From NCBI RefSeq assembly GCF_021869535.1, contig NW_026262581.1, forward strand, positions 111,848,001-111,912,000: DNA of 64,000 bases, read 5' to 3'. Every line of letters begins with the position of its first letter. The stretch's first letter is position 1. The notes under the pieces were generated by a model. It was not told the origin of the DNA, ran no database searches, and saw nothing but the letters and a program-made list of their open reading frames with translations. This DNA is from Mytilus californianus. Its lineage: Eukaryota. Shown in pieces: positions 1-11,235 of this stretch. A program made the translations under genes and the position numbers.

Positions 1-75
1 CATGCGTACTTGGTGAATGTTGCAGATGACAAAATTATTTTGAAAACATCATAAGAACGACACGTGCACTCTCAC

Positions 76-418
76 CTGGAAATCATATAAAAAAAATCAT
101 AAAGGTAAGTGGATATTGCCTTCTTTTGTAAATATAAAGAAAGAAAAATCTCTGTATTCTTTTCATATGTGTAATACCTTTTATCTTGCCCAAATAACAC
201 CAAAATTAACATTTTCAAGACTCTTGTGACCCTGAGCATTGTCAAAAGAAAATACGGTAACTTTATTGAAAAGGCCTGAGAACTCCGAAAGTACAATGTA
301 ATGTTGAAATATAAAAAATCATAGGTAGGTGCACCAACCAAATGACCAAACTTGAATTTAGTGCTCCTTAGAAGGAGGAATTTACATATAACTAAAAAAC
401 ATATTGCAGGCATTTCGT
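76..418 (-). CDS. Possible internal exon of an unidentified gene continuing off the window start
   Basis: 343-nt open frame (DEMPAICF...DFFYMIS) flanked by acceptor tgtgtttgcag and donor CAG|gtgaga; no family recognised. Confidence 0.2.
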
Positions 419-1077
419 CTGCAAACACAGTTGAAGTATTTGAAGTAAAATACCAACTTACACTTCTTATTTTCCTCTGGAAATGTGTTTGAGATTAGAA
501 AAATGTATGTTTTATCAATCTAGATTGTTGTCATTGATTTTTTTTCTGCCAGATATTATAATATAGTGCTGTTTAAAATTATGTCCATACTTTGCTCGTT
601 TGACCCGTAAAACCAGGTCACTCAAATCTTACTAAAGTATCCTTACATGTATAGAAAATAATGTAGGTTATAATTCAAAATAAAAAGCCGTCATACATCT
701 TAAATTCTATGGTACTTTTAATTCAAGAAAAGTATTATACAAACAAACAAAATTAATCAAAGTCAAAGTTGAAAAACTATTCGTAATTGTTTCCGGTGAG
801 GCTATATATCAATCAAATATGACTGATTCTGCCACAAACACATTTAGGTGTGAAGACAGGAAACACAACTATATTTTTTTGGCCTGACAGAATTCAATCA
901 TTCATGAAATATATCAGAGTGTGTATACAGTATACAGGTATATGCAGTCATCTAACGTTACATTGTCTTTAGCATTATAGGTTTTTCATTTGATTTTACA
1001 CCTAACTCATCACTTCAACTTCTACCATCCCATCACCTTCGACTTTTAACACGAGAAAGACCTACTGTATACTCATA

Positions 1078-1260
1078 AATTCGCCTTTTCAGAATCTAAA
1101 GGACTATGGGTAATCTCATTGTTCGTACACCAAAATGAAAATAACGTTACATCATTGGTTGAATTTCCATTGTTTAGAACGTTTTAAACCAATCACAACG
1201 TTTTGGTGTACGCTTTTGAAAATATTAACCAGAATGCATTAGATTCTGAAACGGCGAATT
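1078..1260. mobile_element. Palindromic MITE (~183 bp)
   Basis: 22-bp TIR aattcgcc(t/g)tttcagaatctaa with one mismatch; inner inverted pair gtacaccaaaa/ttttggtgtac. Confidence 0.75.
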
Positions 1261-2229
1261 ACCAATATTCTATATAATCGTATTTACAACTATTGTCTAA
1301 TGGGCGCAGACATATTGGGAAAGGCTAAAACATGGATTTTACGGAGGGTTGCACTAATGACAGGACGGGCTTTCATGTCGATCCGGCCCCAAGCCGATCC
1401 ATCCAAAGTCGTTTCGTCCCAAGTCGATCCAGCCCCAAATTAAAAAGTATCTATATTATAAGGAATAGAAATATATATATATATATATATATGAATTGTA
1501 ATACATAAATGTTTATGAATTTTATAATAATATAAAAGGTGGACGGTAATTATCAATTCATCACACTAAAATAAATTAAAATGGCCTTTCAAGACGAATC
1601 CGGGTCCGTTCGCCCTGATTCACGTTCGCCCTAGTACCTGTTCGCCCTAATACCTGTTCGCCCTGGGTCCGTTCGCCCTAATTCATGTTCGCACTGAGTC
1701 CGTTCGCCCTGATTTCTATTTTATTTTGTTGTCTTGTATAGTATAAATTATTTGAATTAATTATGTTAAAGTTTGTTGAGAATCTCGCCGAATATTTACG
1801 TTGTCACGGTATTGCTGCTACCAGATAATTATTTTTCTTTTGATTTGCATTAAATATTCTTGCCAGAATATTCATCATGTTGAATGTGGGCAGTATTTTG
1901 AAGAAGAAGAAAAAGTGTTCAGAAACTGGAGACTAAGTTATCTGTATGGATTTATCTTTTTTGAAACCTTGTAACAATTTCAAAACAATCCAAATAGGTA
2001 TAACAAGATCCAACTCACTCAACACCATGAGATCAAAGAAGTCAAGCGGCGAAAACAATTTCCCTTTAATGTCTTACAATTCTTACATCATTGTTTTAAC
2101 TCATTCCAAGCTGACTTGTTTATTTAAAAAAAAAAAAAAACAATTTCATTATCAATCCATCAAAAACAATAACTACAACAATCAGTGAGACCAAAGACAT
2201 CGCAATCATATCTAATCAGCATTCTAAAT

Positions 2230-2462
2230 TACAAAACTTTGAATTTTCGGAATACTAAGCCTTTTCCACCTCAGGAATAGATTACCTTAGCTTACCTTTG
2301 GCAAAACTTTTAGGAATTTTGGGTCCTCAATGCTCTTCAACTTCGTACTTTATTTGGCCTTATTAACCTTTTTGATTCGAGCGTCACTGATGAGTCTTTT
2401 GTAGACGAAACGTATGTCTTGTGTACAAAATTTCATTCCTGGTATCTATAATGAGTTTATCT
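2230..2462 (+). mobile_element. Interspersed repeat fragment of Penelope-like pLTR/tail type, carrying a hammerhead core
   Basis: Contains gagcgtcactgatgagtcttttgtagacgaaacg; a degenerate inverted remnant of the same sequence lies at 18891-18951. Confidence 0.55.
2381..2424 (+). ncRNA. Degenerate minimal type-I hammerhead ribozyme
   Basis: gcgtca-CUGAUGA-GUC(uuuugua)GAC-GAAA-C(guau)G-UC-uugugu; core and stem II intact, stem I imperfect. Confidence 0.6.
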
Positions 2463-3206
2463 ATAATCAACAGTCATTAAAAGTAATTCTGAATAAAAAC
2501 AATTGTAACAAGGAAGCCAATTAGCCTGATTAATGCTCCAAAACAAAAACCTTTTTTTTTTTATTAATTTCCATGTTTATTCATGAATTTGGAGAGATAT
2601 ATATATTTCTAATATTTACCATTTGAATATCTGAATAAGATTATAAAACCTTAAATTATACCATAAATATTAATATTTGTTTTTAAATTAGAGCGAACGG
2701 ACCCAGGGCGAACGGACTTTATGGGCGAACAGACTCAGGGCGAACGGACACAGGGCGAACATGTAATTAGGGCGAACGGACCTTTCAAGACGTCATACTT
2801 TTTTTGGACTAACACAACTGTATAATCCAATCCCAAGCTGATGCATACAAAATTAGTTTTTGTTTGAAGTTATAAAAACTTCTCAAATTGATTGTGAATT
2901 AAAACTATTTTTTCCATGATATTCCAAGTTATCATGGAAAATAATTTCATAAATACATGCTGATGCTGCTTTACAAACAGTGCCAATCATATTCCTTTTC
3001 GTATCGATTTAAAATAAACCATCTGAATGTTCCTCTAATATCAGGCATACTTCACTTACCTGCTGTTAATCATCGATACTTTGTGCAAATTCTATCTACT
3101 AGAATCAAATATATCACCAAATCCTCCGATGTTAATATGAATTATTCATTATTTTTTCATGGGACCGCATCGACGTGGACGAAACGACTTGAGAAGGATC
3201 GACTTG

Positions 3207-3829
3207 GGTAGCAATACACAGTAAGGAAAAAACTTTAAACTGACACTCATAATTTTTAACCACCCTCTTTCCCTTGCTTTCTAACAAATAAGGCTTAATG
3301 TTTGTGTTATGTATGTGCATATGTATGGAAACAGCATTATCCATAGATTTGATTTCCAACAGTTAAAATGGTGAAATATAATCTCTTTTTGGTGTAACCA
3401 TGGCAACAATCTGCATTTATTTGATACAAAGGGAGGTGAAAATGTCACAAAAAGTCCCAAAAATTTGGTCCAAAGAAGAATTTCAATCCATTAGAGTGGT
3501 ACCTTTTCTGAAACCATAGACATTAATGTACCAAGAGGTCAAACAAAAAATCATATGCATTTCACCTCATTTTTCCATAAAATTGAATTGAAAGTTCAAG
3601 GGTCAAATCTTTGTGGAAAAACACTACAATAATTTCTGGCCCTATGGGTGGCATGCATGTCAAACAGAAAAATGGCCTATAACATGCAAAAACAATCTAG
3701 ATGATCATATAAACCCACTTGAAAGGCTAAATCATTCTTCAGCTATCTAAAAATCAATTTTATTGTACAAATACTTTCATATATAAAAAATGGCCAAAAT
3801 GCGAAACTAACTTTCTGTGTATTGCTACC
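3207..3829. mobile_element. PIF/Harbinger-like MITE
   Basis: TIR ggtagcaatacacag/ctgtgtattgctacc; 3-bp TSD ttg (3204-3206, 3830-3832). Confidence 0.75.
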
Positions 3830-3927
3830 TTGGGGCTGGAACGACCCGATACCTCAAGACGATATATGTGCGGTGGTGTTCGGTGGTGAAAAGACCTACC
3901 GCAAGACGATTGACCGGATAGTGACAG

Positions 3928-4266
3928 GATAATGACTGGATATATAAATGGTCATTACTTTTTTGCGATTTGGTAGATTTTTTTAATATTTAGAGACCTT
4001 TGAGATACTAAGCTATATTTTATGAAAATTAAAAAAAAGGGTGAAAAAAGAGATATTAACACTTTTTGTCGATCATTTCAATATATTCAAAGCCTAAATC
4101 GGCGACTGTGAAATCCGTCCGGTCAAATTTTTTTCCTCAAAAATATTTCTTTTTTTAATTTTCATAAAATATAATTAAGTGTCTCCATTAAAGGTCTCCA
4201 AATATTTAAAAAAATCTACCAAATAACAATAGGTAATGACCATTTATATCTCATCAGGTCATTATC
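3928..4266. mobile_element. MITE with ~110-bp TIRs
   Basis: gataatgac...ggtcattac...tttggtagatttttt...ttttatgaaaattaaaaaaa is mirrored at 4149-4266. Confidence 0.7.
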
Positions 4267-4334
4267 AAGGGGCCTGATGGGTTATTTTCGTTCTTCGTGA
4301 TCGGCGCATTTTCGCTATCGTGATCCGTTTTTCT

Positions 4335-4496
4335 ACAGAATTTTGAACAAACTTTAACATACTCTTTTCAAATAATAATCATTATACAACAAGACATCAA
4401 AATAAATAAAAACCAGAGCGAACGGACCTGGGCGAACGGACCAAGGGTGAACAGGTATTAGGGTGAACAGGTACTAGGGCGAACGGACCTGGATTC
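4335..4496 (-). mobile_element. Truncated second copy (left arm, inverted) of the 1596-2782 foldback family
   Basis: Reverse complement matches 1596-1790, including the array and the adjacent ttattttg..gtcttgt..tatgttaaagtttgtt sequence. Confidence 0.7.
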
Positions 4497-4789
4497 CACA
4501 AAATTGCAGCTATCACTCTGACTATTATAACATATTACTGTTTTTGAATCAACATATTTAAACATCATAAAAACTCAATAAAATTTGTTCATCTTCACTA
4601 TTGAAAGTTCTTTCTAAATATTCCAGATGTTTTTAATGATAAATACCAAGGATTCATCCTATTTATTTATAGTATATAAATCCTTGTAAATATCATCAGA
4701 GACATATTGAATTACCATTCATTTACCCATGGCCACTATATTATACCACCGACCGTGCAAGGGCTGTATAGCCAGTCAAGGTCGTTAAA

Positions 4790-7040
4790 AACTTCCATTT
4801 GTGGAATATTATACCATTATACAGGAAAGCAAATTGGAAAAATATGAAATTTGACCTAAATAACCTACATAAAGATATCACCTCAATGAATGAACAGAAA
4901 GCAGGATTAAATAGTTGTAGTTGTGGACACACTCTCAAACTAAACTGGAAGAAAGCATAGGTAAAAATGAACCAAAAAAGCCAGCCAGAAAGAAGGATGT
5001 TAGTTCCTGGATCACAACCGACATCAAACGTCTTATAAGAAAGAGGGATAGATGGTATAAGAGAATGAAAAAATCCGGAAATGGGGGGACAAAGACAAAT
5101 TTAAAGAACTAAAACGTTGTACACAGAGAGAAATCAGGAAATGTTACTGGAACTACATTGACAGTATACACCACCAGACCTGAACAAACCTCAAGAAAAA
5201 TCAAACTGCACGAAGAGATTCTGGACATTCATAAAGCACAAGATATCGGATGGGAGTAAAATACCACCCCTAAAGTCAAATGGAACTTTACGCTCAGAGC
5301 CAACAGAAAAAGCAGATATTATATACTCAACGGACAATTTCAGATTGCCTTTTCAGACAAAACCGACATGTCAAACCAAGAATTCCAACAGCAGTGTAAC
5401 CTGTCCGGAAACTTTCAAAATATCTCCGATATCAATATAACAGAAAATGGTGTGAACAAACTTCTGAAAAACCTAAGTCCGAACAGTGCAGCTGGACCAG
5501 ACAATATAACACCACGAGCCCTGAAAGAACTTGCATCAAATATAGCACCAATCCTGTCATAGGCGGATCCAGGGGGGGGGGGGGGGGCTGGGGGGCCCGC
5601 CCCCCCCCCCCCTTTCGTGGGAAAAATTTGGTTGATTATATAGGGAATCACTGAAGCATGACTGGAGCGGCCCCCCCCCCCTTAGGTCAGTCAGCGGGCC
5701 CCCCTTATGAAAAGTTCTGGATCCGCCACTGCCTGTCAACTATATTCCCCCGCTCATATCTTACAGGGGAAGTGCCAAGTATTTGGAAATCAGCTAACAT
5801 CTGTCCAGTGTACAAGATGGGGAAGAAATAAGATCCTATTAATTATAGACCAGTTTCTCTCACCTGTATATCATGCGAACCAAGGACGTATAACTAACAT
5901 CTAATATACGTCCTTGTGCAAACTATTGGAGCATATTGTAACTAGTCATATTATGTCTCATGCTGATACACAAAACATCATGTATCCACTTCAACACGGG
6001 TTTCAGAGGGGCCTATCATGCGAATCACAACTAATTGAATTCATCGATGCCGTAACTTACAACTTAGATCAAGGAAAACAAACAGATTGTCTCATAATGG
6101 ACTTCTCCAAGGCGTTTGATAAGGTAGGTCATAGCCTTCTGATCCACAAACTGAATCATTATGTGATAACAGGTAAAAAAATGAGCGGATAAAGGACTTC
6201 CTCAGTGAAAGAACACAGTCAGTAGTGGTGGAGGGTGAAACATCGACTTCCATACCTGTAGAGTCCGGCGTACCACAAGGATCTGTCCTGGACCCTAGTC
6301 TATTTCTGTTTTATATAAACGACATGCCCAGGGGATTCAATCAACTGTACGACTGTTTGCTGATGACACTATTGCCTATGTCACAATCTCATCAGATGGA
6401 GATTCAGCAAGCCTTCAAAGGGACCTTGACAAACTGGCTGAATGGGAATCGAAATGGCTCATGAAGCTCCATCCTGATAAATGTAACGTACTCACCATCT
6501 CCAAGAAGCGAACTCCAGCTAAATACAATTACATACTACATGGCCATAACCTTGAACACGTCACATAAGCTGAATACCTGGGATGTACCATTGCATCAGA
6601 TCTAAAATGGGGTAAACATATAACCACCATCTGCTCCATAGCAAATAATACCATCAGTTTTCTGGAAAGGAACTTAAACATCTCCAATAAGTCTATAAAG
6701 GAAAAAGCATACGTGTCCCTTGTCAGACCAACATTCGAATATGCCAGTGCAGTCATCTAGAATGGACTACCCTACAAGAACGAAGAAAACAGAGCCGCTT
6801 GTTAATGATGTATAAGCTTAATAACAACTATGTGAAAACTTATACATCAAATAAGCTGATACCAAATGAACGCTCTTCCAGAAATAACAACGAAAAAAAC
6901 ATTCAGAATGCCATCATGCAAAACAACAGTTCGGAAGGATTCGTTCTACCCTAGAACAATCAGAGATTGGAACACCTTGTCCCACTGTAAGGTCTCTGCC
7001 CCGAGTTCTGAATCTTTCAAGGCTCAGCTCCGTCATTAAA
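4790..7040 (+). mobile_element. Degenerate CR1-clade LINE ORF2 (RT) with an internal deletion near 6755
   Basis: Frameshifted motifs QHGF..GLSCESQL, MDFSKAFDKV, SGVPQGSVL, LFADD, YLGCTI, LVRPTFEYAS, then C-terminal SFYPRTIRDWNTL. Confidence 0.9.
5558..5731. mobile_element. GC-rich MITE inserted in the LINE
   Basis: TIR cataggcggatccag/ctggatccgccactg; TSD cctgt (5553-5557, 5732-5736); removal restores LINE APILSTIF. Confidence 0.85.
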
Positions 7041-7165
7041 TTAAATGACATGTTTTTACTTGCACCTGTATATAAACCTTTACAAACCTTAAGGAAATTT
7101 CTTACGGCCATTTTCATACAAAAGTTATACTGAGTCTTTATTTCATATTATTAATTTTTCGTATA

Positions 7166-7566
7166 TGTGAGAGAATGATCACCCCTTTCTTCGTGATTAA
7201 GTACCAGCGTGACTAAAACGACATTGGCGACGAGTACCATTACATTATGAATTGTAGAACATTTGAGTTAGAAAGAAAGAAATTTTTACCGCAATGCTGT
7301 TGGTCAAACCCTAATATCTATAAATTTGATCATCAAATATTGTAATATTAGAAAAATTATGTAAATTTATCAAAGTTATAAATGTGAAAGTCAGTCCTCC
7401 AAGTTAATTTCATTGTGTTTTTCACACATGCATGTAATAATTGTACATGATAGTTATGTTTATATATATTCTCTATAACTATGTTATTGTAGTTTTATGA
7501 GAAATAAAGTATTCGTATTCGTTAGCGAGTACTTATCATGAGGAAAGGGATGGTCATTCTCTTACA
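7166..7566. mobile_element. MITE with ~38-bp imperfect TIRs; contains a LINE-like tail ending aataaagtattcgtattcg
   Basis: tgtgagagaatgatcacccctttcttcgtgattaagtac versus gtacttatcatgaggaaagggatggtcattctcttaca. Confidence 0.6.
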
Positions 7567-8414
7567 AACTTAGAGTATTGTAAAGTGCTCAAGGCTCAAA
7601 TGATCTATCTCTTATTTGTTTTTATTCAAAAATTTGTTTCATTGTCAGTGCAATGTTTATATTTAATGGATGACTCCCTTCGTAGGTATTTCATTTATAT
7701 ATTAGTCTTAGTGATGTGAGGTCTTACTTTTAGTTTGGGAAATTCTAGTAAATTGTGTTTTAGACATTAGTTGACACAACAGTTCAATGAATGGTAGAAA
7801 TTGTATAAGTTTCGTAATTGTAAGTATGAGTGTAAAATATGTAATAATTCAATGAGTAATTATCTTTCTGTTTATTTACAGTTCAACTTAATAAATTCAA
7901 AATCAAAGTTACAACTAAATTGCATTCCACAACCAATTTTATTCCAGCATATTACGTAATTAACTAAATTTTAACAATTAAAAGAAAATGTTTTTTTTCA
8001 AAAGTTACATTTTTATTTTAATTTTGAAGTTGTAAATATTCACATAACATAAACGATACCAATTATACTGCACAAGTAAACTTCAAACTTATTGTTTTTT
8101 TGTTTTTGTTTGTTTCAAAATTCAACTTTCAATTAATAATCCTGTCAATTTGATAAATGTGCTTCGGGTAGATGTTCAGTCATTTATATAAGTTCTTTGT
8201 AAATAGGACTAAACAATAGGATAATCCCTTACTAAGAACATCATTTACATTCATTCTTCACAATTAAGGAACACTTTGATTGTTCGAAAGGACTTTGCTA
8301 TATTCTTAATAGTGATGTTTAGATGACCAGCAGTAGTTCTTATACAATACGATACTATCTAGCTTTAGAGTTGGTAATAGCCAAGTGTTAACTTTTAGGT
8401 GGTGTTTGGTGTTT

Positions 8415-9390
8415 GTTTCGATGTATTTGTAAAATTATATGAGAATAATACAATGTGGAGCAGGTATATGGGGTGTAAAAACATATTCCTGTATAAATTA
8501 CACACATAATAGGGCCTGTAGATTTTTTCTTGGAGTAGGAACATATGTATTATTCGTTTGTGGTGTAGATTAAATAACATGAGCTCAAATCGGTTAAATA
8601 CAAAAGTTCATAAGTGGGTTGATAATATGAGTACTAAGCATAAGCGTGTTAAAAATTGGAACTTTTTAGTAAAAAAAACCTTCTGTGAACTGAATTTAAG
8701 TCATTTATCGTGTCCTGAAAATATGGACACTAATTATGTTGTAAAACTTTTTATGTCAAAATTACACGATAAACATGTCGATAATTGGCATGCTGTTTAC
8801 GTTCTGATAAATCTATATCGGATGGAGGTGGCAATAAGGTACGAACGTACAAATTGTTTAAAGAAAATTTTGAACCCGAAGAATACTGCAAAATAGCTTT
8901 GCCTTTTACAGAAGTGCTTTCGCTAAATTAAGATGTGGTGTTGCCACTGAGGATTGAAACTGGGAGATACGAAAATATTGTTTTAGAAAACATATGATGG
9001 TTTTATTGAAGACGAAGCGCAAGTTTTATTAAGATGTCCCGCTCGTTATGACGATTTTAGAAACCATTTATATTATGTTGCTGAAACTTTTAATGAAAAA
9101 TTTAATGCTTTAGATGATAACCAAAAGTTAGTGTTTTTATTCTCAGATGTAAATATGATACGTGTGTGTGCCAAAACCTTTTATTTTATTTTATGAAGAC
9201 CTAGAAATTTTATATATTGTAAATAGTACTTTATTCCATATTGTTTAATGTATTATATCTATGCATTTTATTAGTCTCTTATAATTCTGTATAGAATGGC
9301 TCTCATTTTATTTAGTAATGTTTTACAATGTATAAATATCGACTGTACTTGTTGAGAGATGAGACTTTAATAAAACATTGAATTGAAATT
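8415..9390 (+). mobile_element. 5'-truncated non-LTR retrotransposon 3' end
   Basis: GAGIWG..YSCIN..HNRACRFFLGVG, GNKVRTYKLFK, AFAKLRCGVA.LRIETGRYE, VLLRCP; ends with aataaaacattgaattgaa. Confidence 0.8.
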
Positions 9391-9699
9391 ACAAAAGCTT
9401 TATTTAGATTCGGTATAGTTACAAATTACAAAACATAAGCTCTATAGAGCTTTTAACCGAATACAAACAAGCATATACAACAATATAAAATGCATAATCA
9501 TGCAAGAATAATATTTCTTATTCAGACTAAAGCTAAAGCCACTTATAAGCGAATTATTTTTTTTTAAATTAATATGTTTGTGAACTTAAATATTAAAACC
9601 CATGGAACACAAATTCGAAATGACACAAATTAAAATCACTCCAAAGGATAAAAAAATTTCAACCCAACTAAATCCGCAGACAAGATATTATTATAATAA

Positions 9700-9840
9700 C
9701 GCATTTTTAACAGAAGTACACCATAAAATTTCACCGACAATATCTGACTTGTTTTACTCATCAGTTAATACAGGCATAGTAGCAAACGACCGAAGAGAGG
9801 TCATTGTTAGACCAGTATTCAAAAAGGGAACAAAATGTTA
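9700..9840 (+). mobile_element. LINE RT fragment
   Basis: ISPTISDLFYSSVNTGIVANDRREVIVRPVFKKG resembles the pre-RT PxDWxxAxVxPxFKKG motif. Confidence 0.6.
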
Positions 9841-10239
9841 TTCTTTTAACTTTTAAAGATTGTAATTCAGATTTGTATAGTAGATCTTCATAAATTGCTA
9901 AATAGTCTTCATCCTTAAAGCACAAAGCGCCCACTCAGGTATTTGGGGACAGGATTTTTTTATGTGGCCCTCCCCCTTTTTTCCAAAATCCGTTTTTTTT
10001 CTTTCAATTTCAATTATTTTTGCGTTTTTCTTTTTTATATGACACATAAATATACTAGAAATAACATGAATTTACTATTTATTATCAATACCAAGTTAAC
10101 CGGTATCCACAGCGGTCACTGTTAAACCCAGATAGACATAATATGGAGCCAGCAGCCAAAACTGTGTAAACATAAATCACAGTCATACAAACACAACTGA
10201 CTTGCTCTTGAATATCGTATGAGTTGAATAACGTATACT

Positions 10240-10550
10240 TCATATATGCGGCTGAAGTTGGAATATTGCTGCTAAGGGGAGGGAAATGTATATAATTTCA
10301 AAATTAAAATCGTCCCGTTTGTTATATCTGTTGCTGAGATGACCACTGTAGTCAAATTCGAGATATATGTCTAAAAATGAGGCAGAGTATGCTATGTGGT
10401 TTCTTGTATCTTGTTCAGGGGAAGATATTAATGGGACACAATTAGAAAATTTTGGATGATTCAAAAATATCATCAATATACCCGTATGTGATAATACATG
10501 TTCCAGCTTCTTTGATCTTCTTGTTATTTTAAATATACGAAGGTACACCG
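10240..10550 (-). mobile_element. Penelope-like element RT C-terminal fragment
   Basis: SASFLDIYLEFDYSGHLS..KRDDFNFEII..SNIPTSAAY. Confidence 0.75.
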
Positions 10551-10939
10551 ACTCCTATGAAAATGAGAAAGGTCGACAAGGAGAGACTCACAGTTGTACA
10601 AAATGACAACAGACAAAAGGTACTCAAAGTTTCTGTTAAAAAACCACTGTCAACTAATAGATATACCATGTTTTACTAGAGTTAAATAAGGATCACATTT
10701 CTATACCCATGCAGTTAAACAAAATCCTTACTGTAGAATCAACAGGAAAAAAAATTGGTGGTGACTGAGATGGATGTCACTTTGCATTCTTATTTTAAGA
10801 TTTTAAAATTCGTTAATTATGTTATTGATATTGTCCATTTTCATTATTTAACGAGAAAAAGGCCATGTAATACAGAATCTAAAACAAAGTATTCGCCGAT
10901 GTCCTTTTTGATAGCATGATTTCCCGAAATCTCCGATTG

Positions 10940-11235
10940 GAGTAATAATGGAATAAAAGACTGGAACTCATTACCAGAAATAGTTAAAAGTTGCTCAAAG
11001 AAATATAATTTTAAAGTACAAGTGAAAAAAAAATTGATGGATAAATTTAAATCCATCTTTAATAGTGAATTTGTTTTTTATTAATTTTACTGAGGCTTTA
11101 ACCATTTATCTGTGATAATTTTTAAAGATTTTTGTTATTTTTTATGCGTCAACCTTTGGTGTGAACTGGAAGTCTCTTCTTAAAAGGACCACACTGGAAA
11201 TAAGTTCCAATAACTTTTGTGGGCCATCCTAGGGT
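10940..11235 (+). mobile_element. L2/CR1-type LINE 3' end
   Basis: GIKDWNSLPEIVKSCSKKYNFKVQVKKKL followed by a ggaccacactggaaataag 3'UTR motif. Confidence 0.55.

Larger units (their letters stand above)
1596..2782. mobile_element. Foldback-type (MULE-like) non-autonomous element with gttcgccc subterminal arrays
   Basis: Array of gttcgccct units at 1596-1712, inverted array at 2690-2782, perfect 9-bp TSD tttcaagac (1587-1595 and 2783-2791). Confidence 0.75.
1368..3853. mobile_element. Foldback-type non-autonomous DNA transposon (outer element of a nested cluster)
   Basis: Left array of gtcgatcc(a/g)gccccaa-like repeats (1376-1438) and an inverted array at 3165-3206 plus 3830-3853; flanks acaggacg/tcaagacg match 6/8. 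Confidence 0.55.

Noticed and set aside
1596-1712. Regularly spaced gttcgccct repeats resembling a CRISPR array
   Set aside because: Spacers are only about 7 nt and recurrent, an inverted partner array and a TSD exist, and the host is eukaryotic; these are transposon subterminal repeats
5415-5739. Pro/Gly-rich ORFs
   Set aside because: Produced by the poly-G/C tracts of the MITE and by antisense LINE sequence
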